A stretch of 63,093 bases of DNA, filler included. It is 9 parts of 9 records of this genome, joined end to end, with 100 filler letters (N's around TTAATTAATTAA, not from the genome) between each part and the next. Parts side by side here need not be neighbours in the genome. Positions count along the whole stretch, not along the records: positions 1 to 8,385 come from SRR31147125_61971; positions 8,486 to 14,132 come from SRR31147125_62053; 7 more parts are not named here. One strand, written 5' to 3'. Each line of letters starts with the position of its first letter. Within the stretch, counting starts at the first letter, position 1. This document shows positions 1-9,518 of this stretch, one piece after another. The notes beneath the pieces were generated by a model. The model made no database searches. It was not told where the DNA came from and saw only the letters and a list, made by a program, of their open reading frames with translations. A program made the translations under genes and the position numbers.

Positions 1-300
1 TGGAGCCTTCCCCTCTCGCCGCCTGTGGCGGCTAGGCAGATCTTCTGAAAGAACCCCAGGCATTAGATTTACTTTATCGTCTGAGGCCCCAGGAACACCG
101 TAATTACCTATCAAAGGATAGGTTAAAACGACTATTTGACCCTTATATGAAGGATCTGTAAAGGTTTCCGGGTAGCCAACAAGGCCGGTATTAAAGACAA
201 TCTCACCTGATTGATTGTTTTGAGATGCAAAAGAGACACCCTCGAAGATCGATCCATCTTCTAATTCAAGTCTAGCTGAGGGAATATTTGACTTAGACAT
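1..300 (-). CDS. carA: Carbamoyl-phosphate synthase small subunit, 5' part (runs off window start)
   Basis: Not in ORF track. Manual minus-strand translation from ATG at 300 gives [25 protein letters not shown]...[39 protein letters not shown], the CPSase small-chain N-terminal signature; open to position 1. Confidence 0.93.
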   Translation of the reverse strand, partial: MSKSNIPSARLELEDGSIFEGVSFASQNNQSGEIVFNTGLVGYPETFTDPSYKGQIVVLTYPLIGNYGVPGASDDKVNLMPGVLSEDLPSRHRRREGKAP

Positions 301-385
301 TGAAGCCCTATAGATTTCATCTTAAGAAAAAAGTCAACAGTAAATACAACTAAAATAGACTTTTTAACGAATCAAAGGAGTCTTC

Positions 386-631
386 ATGGATAATAATTGG
401 AAAGAGATACACACAACACAAGGCGAAGGCGAAACATCAGTCATCTCTTCGCTCCTTGAGTCAGAAAACATCCCAGTCAAAATAATAAGAGAATCGATCG
501 GTCGTCTCTATTCAATCTCTGTAGATGGCTTGGGTAAAGCAAAAATCTTTGTCCCAGCAGATAAGGCGGATGAAGCCTTCAAATTAATCAACACAGCCTG
601 TTCAGAAATTGAAATTCCTGAAGAGACATAA
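386..631 (+). CDS. DUF2007-like small putative signal-transducing protein
   Basis: 81 aa; pattern W..I.T..GE.E...I.SLLESENIPV...G.LG...I.VP..KADEA..LI; AAGGAG RBS upstream. Confidence 0.75.
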   Translation: MDNNWKEIHTTQGEGETSVISSLLESENIPVKIIRESIGRLYSISVDGLGKAKIFVPADKADEAFKLINTACSEIEIPEET

Positions 632-691
632 GTAGTTGAAAAATTTTTTAAATAGATGTAGTTTCATGGTTCAACAAAAAGGGGAGGAAAC

Positions 692-1375
692 ATGAAGAAA
701 ATTTTGTCGCTGTTAGTCGCCGTTCTTATTCTGGGTAGTTTTTCAAATGCTATTGCAAAAAGCCCAGACTTTCCAGAAAAGGGATGGCACAAAGGTCCAT
801 ATCTTTTAGCCCTAGGTGGAATGACTCAAGCGGGTCACGATCGGAACCAAGGTAGTGGTGTAAAGTTTGGTTCAACCTTCGCTCCAGCTGTCGGCTTCAC
901 ATTCGGTTGGGATATCCTAGATTGGATAGGCCCACAACTCACAATGAGATATGGTTTTGATAGTGGAAACACTGGTATTGCTGGGAGCGCAACATATCCC
1001 AGAGAAAAGGCCAAAGAACACATAGTAAACATCGGCCTCCTAGCCAGAATAACATTTCTCACACAATGGAAAAACATCAGCGATTCATTTAAAATCTTAC
1101 CCTACGTAAAAGTTGGTGGCGCTGCTCATGGTCTCTATGTCGATGCTCCAACTGGTGCTAATAAGGCTGGTGCCTGGGGTTATGGTCCATCAGTAGGCGC
1201 TGGTATTGAAGGTCTTATTAAAGATAGATTCGTAATTGGTATTGATGTCCAAGAAGATCTTATCTTCATGCAAAGTGTAAAGAAAACAGTTGGTGGAACA
1301 CCAAATACAGAAATCTTGAAAGGTGGATTTTCACCATTATTTAACCTAATGGGAATGATAGGTTATCACTTCTAG
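692..1375 (+). CDS. Outer-membrane beta-barrel protein (small porin/OmpA-like barrel)
   Basis: Signal peptide, amphipathic beta-strands (PYVKVGG, VGAGIE), C-terminal GYHF aromatic BAM signal; GGAGG RBS. Confidence 0.75.
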   Translation: MKKILSLLVAVLILGSFSNAIAKSPDFPEKGWHKGPYLLALGGMTQAGHDRNQGSGVKFGSTFAPAVGFTFGWDILDWIGPQLTMRYGFDSGNTGIAGSATYPREKAKEHIVNIGLLARITFLTQWKNISDSFKILPYVKVGGAAHGLYVDAPTGANKAGAWGYGPSVGAGIEGLIKDRFVIGIDVQEDLIFMQSVKKTVGGTPNTEILKGGFSPLFNLMGMIGYHF

Positions 1376-1396
1376 AAAATATTTATTGTTAATTTC

Positions 1397-1430
1397 AAAA
1401 AGGGTGTCTGAATTTCAGACACCCTTTTTT
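1397..1430. terminator. Intrinsic terminator, probably bidirectional
   Basis: AAAAAGGGTGTCTGAA-T-TTCAGACACCCTTTTTT: perfect inverted repeat with A- and T-tracts, just after the barrel gene. Confidence 0.85.
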
Positions 1431-1526
1431 ATTAGGCACCCACAATACTACGAATGTAAGCCTGCAAATTAAACGATTAAAATTTATCATCAATAGTCTT
1501 CGAGCAACGTCGAGAAGCGGATTATA

Positions 1527-1606
1527 AAGATCCATCTATTTTATATTTATCGTAAGGCACCTTGCTAATTCGAAGCCTGTAGATAGATATAAAATAGATG
1601 GATCTT
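1527..1606. repeat. Long inverted repeat (25-bp arms, 1 mismatch) in convergent intergenic region
   Basis: AAGATCCATCTATTTTATATTTATC (1527-1551) pairs with GATAGATATAAAATAGATGGATCTT (1582-1606); inner AGGC...GCCT stem. Confidence 0.85.
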
Positions 1607-1670
1607 CAATTACTCATAAAACTTCTTTAGAATTTTAACCCTTAAGCGTTCAATGAAAGAGCTATCACTT

Positions 1671-2750
1671 CTAACTCTTAACAATCCGGTAGGTAGTGTA
1701 GGCAAATGTAACATCTTTCTCTTTTTCGAAGTCATTCAAAATATCTCTACAGAGGATGTCTTGAGTCGACCTGCGCTTTTTAGCTTCAGTTAAATACCTT
1801 AGTGTCAGACGAACCCCACTATCTCTTATATCTGTGTAAACAATTGGAGTAAGCTTATCATAGAAAATCATATAACGCTTGGTCATACTCTGAATCTTCT
1901 TCTTAACAATCGACTCCATGCCTTCAGCCAAAGAGTTGGCATGCTCAAGCATGATCTCTTCGCCACGCTTCCAGTTACTCTCAAATGTGACCAATATTTC
2001 AATTTCATTCCAAATGAATTCAAAACCGCGACTATAGTTATAGTTCTCTTTCTTAAAAACCTTACTATTTGGTATGTTTACAATTCTTCCTGTCGACTGG
2101 TCAGCATCGACCCAATTCCCCATCTCAAGAAGAGAAGTCTGAAACATTCTTATATCAATCACATCTCCCTTAACCCCACCAAGCTCAACACGATCACCAA
2201 CTTCAAAAGGATGCCTTAAAATAATTAAGAACCAACCAGCAATACAGAGAAGTGCTTCTTGCAGAGCCAACGCAACACCAGCACCGGCAACACCAAGAAA
2301 AATAGTCAAGGAGCTTAACTTCTGAACCCAGAGAAAGAAGATAAAGAGGATAATTAATATGTTTGTTATATAAACGATATTCCTTCGGATTGTATATTTT
2401 GCTTTTACATCCTTAACGCTTCTATTAATGACCCGAACAAGTATAAAAATCAGAAGATATCCAACCAAAACAACAACAGCAGTGTGGCCAAGACGAATAT
2501 AGAAAGATGGCTTTGCCTTACCCTGAATAATATCTTCTATCTGAGAGAGCTGAATCTCCTCTTTTTGTGTTGTAGCGCCAATCTGCTTGACCTCTTTCTC
2601 AAGAGCATCCATACGATCTTCAACCGTTGCAGCCTTTTCGGGAGGACTGCCTTCAGGAACGCTTCTTTTGAGCTCCTGAGCAAATAGAGATGTCTGAAAA
2701 ACAAATAGAACCAAGAGATACACAATAACAATAAGATTTCTTTTTTTCAT
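1671..2750 (-). CDS. mscS: Small-conductance mechanosensitive channel with N-terminal signal/coiled coil
   Basis: Three TM helices, GVAGAGVALALQ pore helix, PFEVGDRVE...GDVIDI, IPNS motif. Confidence 0.9.
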   Translation of the reverse strand: MKKRNLIVIVYLLVLFVFQTSLFAQELKRSVPEGSPPEKAATVEDRMDALEKEVKQIGATTQKEEIQLSQIEDIIQGKAKPSFYIRLGHTAVVVLVGYLLIFILVRVINRSVKDVKAKYTIRRNIVYITNILIILFIFFLWVQKLSSLTIFLGVAGAGVALALQEALLCIAGWFLIILRHPFEVGDRVELGGVKGDVIDIRMFQTSLLEMGNWVDADQSTGRIVNIPNSKVFKKENYNYSRGFEFIWNEIEILVTFESNWKRGEEIMLEHANSLAEGMESIVKKKIQSMTKRYMIFYDKLTPIVYTDIRDSGVRLTLRYLTEAKKRRSTQDILCRDILNDFEKEKDVTFAYTTYRIVKS

Positions 2751-2858
2751 AATACCCTCTTATATCAACTTCTTATAAAAATTGAAAGCATCCTGCCTAT
2801 TTTGGGATTGTTATAGTATCACTATTTTCATATGATGTTGACCAAAAAGGGGGAACTT

Positions 2859-3470
2859 ATGAAGATATTAGTCGTCTATTACTCTTTATATGGTCATGTC
2901 CATACAATGGCAGGCGCTATAGCAGAAGGCGCTAAAGAAGTTTCTGGAGCCGAAGTTACCATCAGAAGAGTCCCTGAAGCACTTTCCAAAGAAGTTATCG
3001 AAAAGATGGGAGCAACTGAAGCTCAAAAATCGATGTCAAACATCCCTATCTGCACAGTAGAAGAACTCGCTGAAGCCGACGCAATAATATTCGGCACGCC
3101 TACTAGATTTGGAAATATGTGCGGTCAGATGAGGCAATTTTTAGATGCTACTGGTGGACTTTGGATGAAGGGAGCTCTTATAGGAAAGCCGGGTTCTGTA
3201 TTTGGAAGCACCTCATCACAACACGGTGGCCAAGAAAGCACACTCTTAAGTTTTCATATCTCGCTTATGCATCACGGAATGATCGTTGTGGGTCTACCCT
3301 ATTCATTTCAGGGCCAGCTAACCGGCGACGAGATCTCTGGAGGATCCCCTTATGGCGCAACGACTATAGCAGGTCATGATGGCTCGAGAACGCCAAGCGA
3401 AAACGAACTAGCCGCTGCAAGATTTCAAGGCAAACATGTAGCTGAGATTACGGCAAAATTGGTTAGATAG
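2859..3470 (+). CDS. wrbA: NAD(P)H:quinone oxidoreductase WrbA
   Basis: [22 protein letters not shown] and GGSPYGA motifs; start placed at ATG 2859 behind a GGGG RBS. Confidence 0.96.
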   Translation: MKILVVYYSLYGHVHTMAGAIAEGAKEVSGAEVTIRRVPEALSKEVIEKMGATEAQKSMSNIPICTVEELAEADAIIFGTPTRFGNMCGQMRQFLDATGGLWMKGALIGKPGSVFGSTSSQHGGQESTLLSFHISLMHHGMIVVGLPYSFQGQLTGDEISGGSPYGATTIAGHDGSRTPSENELAAARFQGKHVAEITAKLVR

Positions 3471-3474
3471 AAAA

Positions 3475-5148
3475 TTAACGTCTATATATGATGGTGCTCG
3501 CTTTATCGAAACGTGGATGGATGCGGTAATCGCTTCCCACTTCAGCATCACTTTGAGTCTCCCTGTCAGGCGCCTCAATAACAAGCTCTGGAATGTCATC
3601 CGGGCTTAAACAGTCCGCAAAAAATCTTACCATATTGTCTGCATCGAGCCCGCCCTCACCTGTTGAACAAGAGTGAAGACCTACGCGAGCGTTTGCAACA
3701 AAACGATCTCCGATAGACCTCCAAAGAATTTTATAATCATCTGTCGAAATTTCGCCTCGACCATCTTTATATATTTTACCAAGTCGAATACCTGATTTAC
3801 TACCATGTCCAAAAATATCCATACGCGAGATACTTCCACGAGGAAGATGTCTGGCTCTACCAAATATTTCATATTTATTTCCCGTTTCAACAATCTCTAA
3901 CTGCAAACCCTGCTCAATTGCTGTCATCATACAAAGGTCATCATTATAAAAGGCTCCGCTCCTATCAAGTCTAGCCATGATAACTAGATTCTTTGGCTTA
4001 TGAGGATCTGGATTAAGAACATGTTCGAAGATAATAGGATTGTAATAACTCCATTTTTGAATATTAAACCGTTTTTTCACACCTTCACAAAGATGAAAAA
4101 GGTCCAAAGCTGAACGCCTTTCGAGCATCCCTCGATTTTCTGCTTTTTTACAAAAAGCGCAGAATTCCATATAGCCCTTTAAGCCCAAACGACTTTTTAT
4201 AGCCGCTACACTGACATTGCTTGGCAAGTTACGAGATAAAGTATCAAAATCCCATATCTCATAATCTCTTTCTCTTCCCATATCAAAAAGTTCAACAATT
4301 TCTCCAGGTGACACCCCGTCAACTCCAACAGCATTAAGACTCTTTGCAAAAGCATGTATGTCCTGGATATTCCATTTTTCTATAATTGATTGAATATCTT
4401 TATCGGAGACACCTTGCATTCTTAACCAAGAAACTGTTTCAATATATTCTTTGCGCCCGGCATGATTTACATTTTGTGATATAAATTCAATATTATTTAG
4501 CTGGCTCAATTCAACATCTTGACCTTCCAAAAGATCAATCGGCATATTCGCCCAATTCGAAATAAGATAGTTTCGGATTTCTCCTGAAGTCATTTCTCTT
4601 TGACTGAGCCTTTTTGCCGCACAAGGAAGAGATGTGATAACCCATTCAGAGTAATTAGGATATTGATTTGCAATACTATCAATCATCATGATTGCATCTA
4701 ACGCCTCCATCCCCCCTTCATTTTGAAGTTTTTGGACTACATCCGAAATCATCAACAGTTTCTTTTGACTTTCCATTTTTGAAAGCCATTCTCGTGTAGA
4801 TTTTGGCAGTGTCGATTGATAAACCCCAAAGCGAGATAACATAGAATCGACAGTAGGATTGGTGTTTGTAGTTTCTGAACCTTCAAACTCTTCAATATGA
4901 GGCCATTTATTTGAGGAATCTCCTAGAATTTCTCGAGCACATGATAGCCCCACTTGATACAGAGAATTTTTACGTACTGGTACATCCTGAGGGACTTCTT
5001 CACCAGCGACTAAACCAAAACGATCAGTTGCCGTTGATTCTGGCACATGATCTTGATTTTGCTCAACACTAACTGGTGAAACATCACTGTCTACAGTTAC
5101 AGGTCTATTTAAAAGTCTTTCGCTAACAAGGTCTCCGACCATCAACAC
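3475..5148 (-). CDS. Hypothetical protein with C-terminal clan-CD-like (DUF4347/C80-like) His-Gly...Ser-Cys domain
   Basis: 557-aa ORF; C-terminal MDIFGHG...IRLG...VGLHSCSTG; N-terminal part unrecognised. Confidence 0.6.
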   Translation of the reverse strand: MLMVGDLVSERLLNRPVTVDSDVSPVSVEQNQDHVPESTATDRFGLVAGEEVPQDVPVRKNSLYQVGLSCAREILGDSSNKWPHIEEFEGSETTNTNPTVDSMLSRFGVYQSTLPKSTREWLSKMESQKKLLMISDVVQKLQNEGGMEALDAIMMIDSIANQYPNYSEWVITSLPCAAKRLSQREMTSGEIRNYLISNWANMPIDLLEGQDVELSQLNNIEFISQNVNHAGRKEYIETVSWLRMQGVSDKDIQSIIEKWNIQDIHAFAKSLNAVGVDGVSPGEIVELFDMGRERDYEIWDFDTLSRNLPSNVSVAAIKSRLGLKGYMEFCAFCKKAENRGMLERRSALDLFHLCEGVKKRFNIQKWSYYNPIIFEHVLNPDPHKPKNLVIMARLDRSGAFYNDDLCMMTAIEQGLQLEIVETGNKYEIFGRARHLPRGSISRMDIFGHGSKSGIRLGKIYKDGRGEISTDDYKILWRSIGDRFVANARVGLHSCSTGEGGLDADNMVRFFADCLSPDDIPELVIEAPDRETQSDAEVGSDYRIHPRFDKASTIIYRR

Positions 5149-5165
5149 GCTCCTCTACACTATAT

Positions 5166-5195
5166 ATTATCGGTTTTTAGAGGGGCTTAAGTTGC
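5166..5195 (-). promoter_or_regulatory. Possible sigma28 (FliA)-like promoter for the 557-aa orphan
   Basis: Minus strand reads GCAACTTAAG...ACCGATAAT about 20 nt before the start; the -10 resembles GCCGATAA, the -35 is non-canonical. Confidence 0.35.
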
Positions 5196-5455
5196 TGATC
5201 CAAACACATTTATCAACACAGATAACTAACTGATATTATTAAAAAATACTGTATCGACTTTCAGGAAAACCTTATCACAGATAAACCATACTCTGGATCA
5301 GCCATCAGAAATAATTTAACTACCGCACAATCTGCAGAAAACATGTAACCAAGTGTTGTTGAAATGAACACTTTAAATAATATTATTTCTGGATAACACA
5401 ACTCAATTCCAGCTATAGATTTAGTTATTCAAAATTATATTAACTGGAGAAACCA

Positions 5456-6883
5456 ATGCATCTAATCAAAAAAATAGCATTTTTTATTGTCATATTATTA
5501 GCAACCTCTTGTTATTCCGAAAAAGCAGCAATTAAGAAAACACAAGATCTTAAATCTATAAAGGTGTCTTCTCAAGAAATTGAGCATCACATGTCCTATA
5601 TTGCAAATATTGGGAACCTTGGGCCTTCCCTTTCAGATGGTTTTTTAAGGGCGTCCTGGTCGAACGAAGAAACAAAAGCGATGGAATATATTCGCAAAGA
5701 AGCTAGCACGAAAGGGTTAATCAGTCGATATGATGAAGTTGGAAATCTCTATATTAGAACTCCTGGAAATTTCACAGAGATAATACAGGTTGGTTCACAT
5801 TTAGATACAGTCCCACGAGGTGGCAACTATGATGGAGCTGCTGGAATAGTTGCTGGTCTTGAAGCAATAAATGCAGTCATAAAACAAAATCAGAAACCTG
5901 AAAAAGGGCTGGAACTAATAATATGGAGAGGTGAAGAATCTGCGACGTTTGGAGCGGCACATAAAGGCTGTAAAATGGCTTTTGGAAAAAAGTTTAAAGA
6001 TGGTTTTTTAGGGAGAACATTTAGAGGCGTTTCACTTGAAACAGCCATGCTGAACCAAAACAGTAATCCTGTTTTTGTAAAAGAACAAAGACCTACTATA
6101 AATCAAAAAGAGATCGATAGTATTGCTGCACATATAGAACTTCATATTGAGCAGGCAAAAAAATTAGAAGTTGATGGAGATGACATTGGTATTGTAACCA
6201 GCATCAGAGGACCCGATCGTTATAGAATAGAAGTTTTTGGTGAATATGATCATTCTGGCGCAACTCCAATGGGAATAAACTATAGAAAAGATGCTAATCT
6301 AGCGATTTCGCATATGCAAGTTGCTCTAGATGAACTGGCTCAAACACATCTAAAAAAGGGAAACGACCTTGTGCAGACCATTGGCCTTCTTAACTCAAAC
6401 TACGATTTCAACGAAAAGAATAAAGAGGTCTATAACAACGCATTAACAAAGGTAAGTGGGTACGGTTATTTCACAATAGATTTCAGAAGCAACAACAAGG
6501 CTTTCAGAACTGAATATGTAAAAGAAGCTATCGAACTACTAAAGACCGTCGCCAATAGACAAAATGTAAAAATCAAAATCACTAGTATAAACTCTTCGAA
6601 TCCTGCTGAAAAGCTGAGCAAAAAGGTACAAAAGGCAATTGAAGAAGCTGCAAAGAGCCTTAATTATAAATATCAATATATGCCAAGTGGAGCAGGCCAC
6701 GATGCAGCAATTGTTTCCCAACAGAAGAAAAGCGATGGAACATATATCCCAACAGGTATGATCTTCATTCCTTGTTTAAATGGCAAAAGTCATGCAAAAG
6801 AAGAATTCGCCTCAACAGAACAGATAACAAAGGGAGCCAACACACTAGCTGTAACAATTTCAGTACTACTGAATGAAAAGTGA
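5456..6883 (+). CDS. M20 Zn amidohydrolase (allantoate amidohydrolase / N-carbamoyl-L-amino-acid hydrolase family), predicted lipoprotein
   Basis: GSHLDTVPRGGNYDG, GEES, ELHIEQ, HSGATPM, SGAGHDA and SH..EE motifs; N-terminal LLATSC lipobox-like signal. Confidence 0.9.
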   Translation: MHLIKKIAFFIVILLATSCYSEKAAIKKTQDLKSIKVSSQEIEHHMSYIANIGNLGPSLSDGFLRASWSNEETKAMEYIRKEASTKGLISRYDEVGNLYIRTPGNFTEIIQVGSHLDTVPRGGNYDGAAGIVAGLEAINAVIKQNQKPEKGLELIIWRGEESATFGAAHKGCKMAFGKKFKDGFLGRTFRGVSLETAMLNQNSNPVFVKEQRPTINQKEIDSIAAHIELHIEQAKKLEVDGDDIGIVTSIRGPDRYRIEVFGEYDHSGATPMGINYRKDANLAISHMQVALDELAQTHLKKGNDLVQTIGLLNSNYDFNEKNKEVYNNALTKVSGYGYFTIDFRSNNKAFRTEYVKEAIELLKTVANRQNVKIKITSINSSNPAEKLSKKVQKAIEEAAKSLNYKYQYMPSGAGHDAAIVSQQKKSDGTYIPTGMIFIPCLNGKSHAKEEFASTEQITKGANTLAVTISVLLNEK

Positions 6884-6953
6884 TCTTCTATACTATTATC
6901 TCATGAGACGGCTTGCTTGTGCTTTTAGCCATTCTAGGGCTACCGATTCTTTT

Positions 6954-7220
6954 TTACAGTCTTGTCCTGTTTTTTTTAAGACATCCAAAACGATCTGCAA
7001 AATCTCCTAATAAAAAAGCATAGACAATTTTTTCGGATGGCGTTTGAGTTTTTTTAAAAGGGGTTGTTCCTATATAATAATCGATACAAAGATCCACAAA
7101 TGAAGTTGAGTAAGAACCACTAAAAAGAATATCAGAATAAGCCTCATACAATCTTAAACTATTTTCTGGTTCCGTTTCAGCTCCATACATCATTGAATAA
7201 GCTAATTCCGCACCATACAC
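6954..7220 (-). CDS. Short hypothetical protein or gene remnant
   Basis: 88-aa ORF, co-oriented with upstream genes, short internal YGAE duplication, weak start. Confidence 0.3.
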   Translation of the reverse strand: MYGAELAYSMMYGAETEPENSLRLYEAYSDILFSGSYSTSFVDLCIDYYIGTTPFKKTQTPSEKIVYAFLLGDFADRFGCLKKNRTRL

Positions 7221-7270
7221 CCTAATATCATCTATTATGTTAAACGGTTAGTGGAACAAACTACTTAGCA

Positions 7271-7834
7271 CTATTTAGTAAATTTAAACGATTTTATTAT
7301 CTCGTTGTAGAATATCTTTTCATTAAATTCGTAGTATTTTCTGGAGTCTTGTTGTTGACTATCACTTATCGAGCCAAACATATTTCGGCTTATTCTTACG
7401 TCAAAGTTAGGGCCATAAAAAACCAACCAATCCCAATCACCCTTCTTTGGTTTGTGGTTTTTAACATACTGTTTTGGATCGTATTGACGTTCGTATGAAA
7501 TATTTGAAGGGTTCTTTAAAACTTTTGCGCCCACAACTTTGGCCTTGGGCTTCTTTTCGACAATAATCATTGGAGCAACTTCATATTCAACTATAGGTGG
7601 CCAATTGAAATAGAGAACACAACGCTCACCAACAGCGCCAACGCGCTTTACTTCCCAATCTTTAAATACTGGGTATTTGAATGAAATCCCTGGCAAACCA
7701 TCACAAACAAATCTATTGATTTGAACAATCTTATGAGTGGTAGGCTTATCGGCAACTACAATTTCAGAGAAAAAAACAACCGAAACAGCCACCAACAAAA
7801 CATATAAACATACTCTTCTGCTCATTTTAGCCAC
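7271..7834 (-). CDS. Secreted hypothetical protein
   Basis: 187 aa, basic N-terminus plus hydrophobic signal ending VVA; no recognised family. Confidence 0.65.
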   Translation of the reverse strand: MAKMSRRVCLYVLLVAVSVVFFSEIVVADKPTTHKIVQINRFVCDGLPGISFKYPVFKDWEVKRVGAVGERCVLYFNWPPIVEYEVAPMIIVEKKPKAKVVGAKVLKNPSNISYERQYDPKQYVKNHKPKKGDWDWLVFYGPNFDVRISRNMFGSISDSQQQDSRKYYEFNEKIFYNEIIKSFKFTK

Positions 7835-7862
7835 CTAGTCAACAGCGTAAACATTTCAATCT

Positions 7863-8333
7863 TTAATATATAAGCAAAACAATAAGCGTAATCGGAATCA
7901 AGATATCAGTCCAGAGGATTGGGCCGTAGTTATTTATTGAAAAGTTTTTTCTTAAAACCATCTCTCTGATGTGACCGATTGCAGCCCCCCATAAAAAGAC
8001 GGCAACGACTATAGTCAGAGCTATGTAGAATGGTCGCGTATAGTAAGAAGCTGCTATCCCCGCTACTCCAAGCCCCAGACTAAAACATGCTAGCTCCCAC
8101 TGAAAGGGACTTGCCTCCCAACCAATGCTCTTTGCAACTTTTTTGTGCATTAAGCCATGTCCAACAAAACCCCAGACACCAACCCACCCGACAGCCAAGT
8201 GAGTTACCCATTTAAGCATCGCATCAGCCTTGCTTGTAAATGGCAAGCCATGAAGACCAACTTCAAAATAGCCGCAAATAAGACCGGCCAAAAGCATAAT
8301 AGTTGTAAACCAAACAGCAATAAACCTATTCAT
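7863..8333 (-). CDS. DUF6790-like membrane protein
   Basis: Several TM helices; A.SIGW..SPFQ.E.A...LGLG..G and GA..GH...N....N.G patterns. Confidence 0.7.
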   Translation of the reverse strand: MNRFIAVWFTTIMLLAGLICGYFEVGLHGLPFTSKADAMLKWVTHLAVGWVGVWGFVGHGLMHKKVAKSIGWEASPFQWELACFSLGLGVAGIAASYYTRPFYIALTIVVAVFLWGAAIGHIREMVLRKNFSINNYGPILWTDILIPITLIVLLIY

Positions 8334-8385
8334 AAAGTTCCTTTTTTAGGGGCTCGCGTCGCCCCCTCCATGGTCCTTCTTTCGT

Positions 8386-8485
8386 NNNNNNNNNNNNNNN
8401 NNNNNNNNNNNNNNNNNNNNNNNNNNNNNTTAATTAATTAANNNNNNNNNNNNNNNNNNNNNNNNNNNNNNNNNNNNNNNNNNNN
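8386..8485. other. Artificial contig spacer
   Basis: N44-TTAATTAATTAA-N44 linker carrying stop codons on both strands. Confidence 0.99.
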
Positions 8486-8486
8486 A

Positions 8487-9497
8487 AAAAGAGAGTGCAA
8501 TTCAGAATTTGGACGCTATATAGAAAAAAATTATAAAAACTGGCTTTATTCAAATAATCGCCCCAATCTCTCTGTTGACGTCGTTCCAAAAGCTGTGCTG
8601 CCTCATGTTGACAGACAAAAAAGGACAATCTTACTCATCATTGATAATCTTCGTCTGGATCAGTGGTTAATAGTTGAACCTCTCTTACGTGACTATTTTC
8701 GCATTACACGGGATTATTATTGTTCTATTTTACCCACAGCAACGCCGTATTCCCGCAATGCCATTTTTGCAGGATTGTTTCCCAGTGAAATAGAAGAACA
8801 GATCCCAAAGTTATGGCAGGAAGGAAATGAAAAGGATGACCTGGGCCGCAACAGTCATGAACATCAACTCCTGGAAGAACAGCTTAAAAGACTGAAATAC
8901 GATCTGAAACCAGGTACAAAATACGCTAAAATACTTGATATGCAGGAATCAAAAAACATAGCACGTAAAATCCAGGAATATGCTGATACACCGTTATCTG
9001 CCATCGTACTTAATTTTGTCGATATTTTAGCACATACACGTAGTTCATCCAGCCTTATCAAAGAGATGATCCCTAATGAAGCAGCTTATCGAGCTACAAC
9101 CCGTTCATGGTTTGAACATGCAGAAATATTCAAGATCCTTCGGGAATTAGCGGCATCCGGAAACACAGTTGTTATAACATCAGATCATGGCAGCATTCGG
9201 GGTTTACGGGGTACAAAAGTTGTTGGAGACCGGGAAACATCAACCAGCTTGCGTTACAAATATGGTCGTAATTTAAAGGTACACGGCAAAAAAGCCATGA
9301 TCATCAACAATCCAAAGGAATATAAATTGCCAGCCAGAGGTGTTAATACAAATTATATTATTGCCAAAGAAGATTTTTACTTTGTGTATCCGACCAATTA
9401 TCATTATTATCTCAATTATTACGCGGATAGCTTTCAGCATGGAGGCATTTCCATGGAAGAAATGATTTTACCGATTATTACCTTAGAGCCTAAATAA
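8487..9497 (+). CDS. porX: PorX-type response regulator, PglZ/alkaline-phosphatase-superfamily domain (5' truncated)
   Basis: Frame open from the contig edge (KRECNSEFGRYIEKNY..W); IIDNLRLDQW, SILPTATPYSRNAIF, NFVDILAH, ITSDHG, FQHGGISMEEMILP; followed by tsaE. Confidence 0.88.
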   Translation, partial: KRECNSEFGRYIEKNYKNWLYSNNRPNLSVDVVPKAVLPHVDRQKRTILLIIDNLRLDQWLIVEPLLRDYFRITRDYYCSILPTATPYSRNAIFAGLFPSEIEEQIPKLWQEGNEKDDLGRNSHEHQLLEEQLKRLKYDLKPGTKYAKILDMQESKNIARKIQEYADTPLSAIVLNFVDILAHTRSSSSLIKEMIPNEAAYRATTRSWFEHAEIFKILRELAASGNTVVITSDHGSIRGLRGTKVVGDRETSTSLRYKYGRNLKVHGKKAMIINNPKEYKLPARGVNTNYIIAKEDFYFVYPTNYHYYLNYYADSFQHGGISMEEMILPIITLEPK

Positions 9498-9518
9498 TAA
9501 AATAAAACGGATAACAAC

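Noticed and set aside
1-300. Structured ncRNA or riboswitch at the window start
   Set aside because: The region translates cleanly as CarA on the minus strand; no 6S, tmRNA or riboswitch consensus found.
1527-1606. Hairpins here and at 44389-44479 as integron attC sites
   Set aside because: No complementary RYYYAAC/GTTRRRY boxes at the ends, no cassette array and no integrase.
8487-9497. PglZ domain as a BREX defence system
   Set aside because: Sequence and tsaE context match PorX; no brxC, pglX or brxL nearby.
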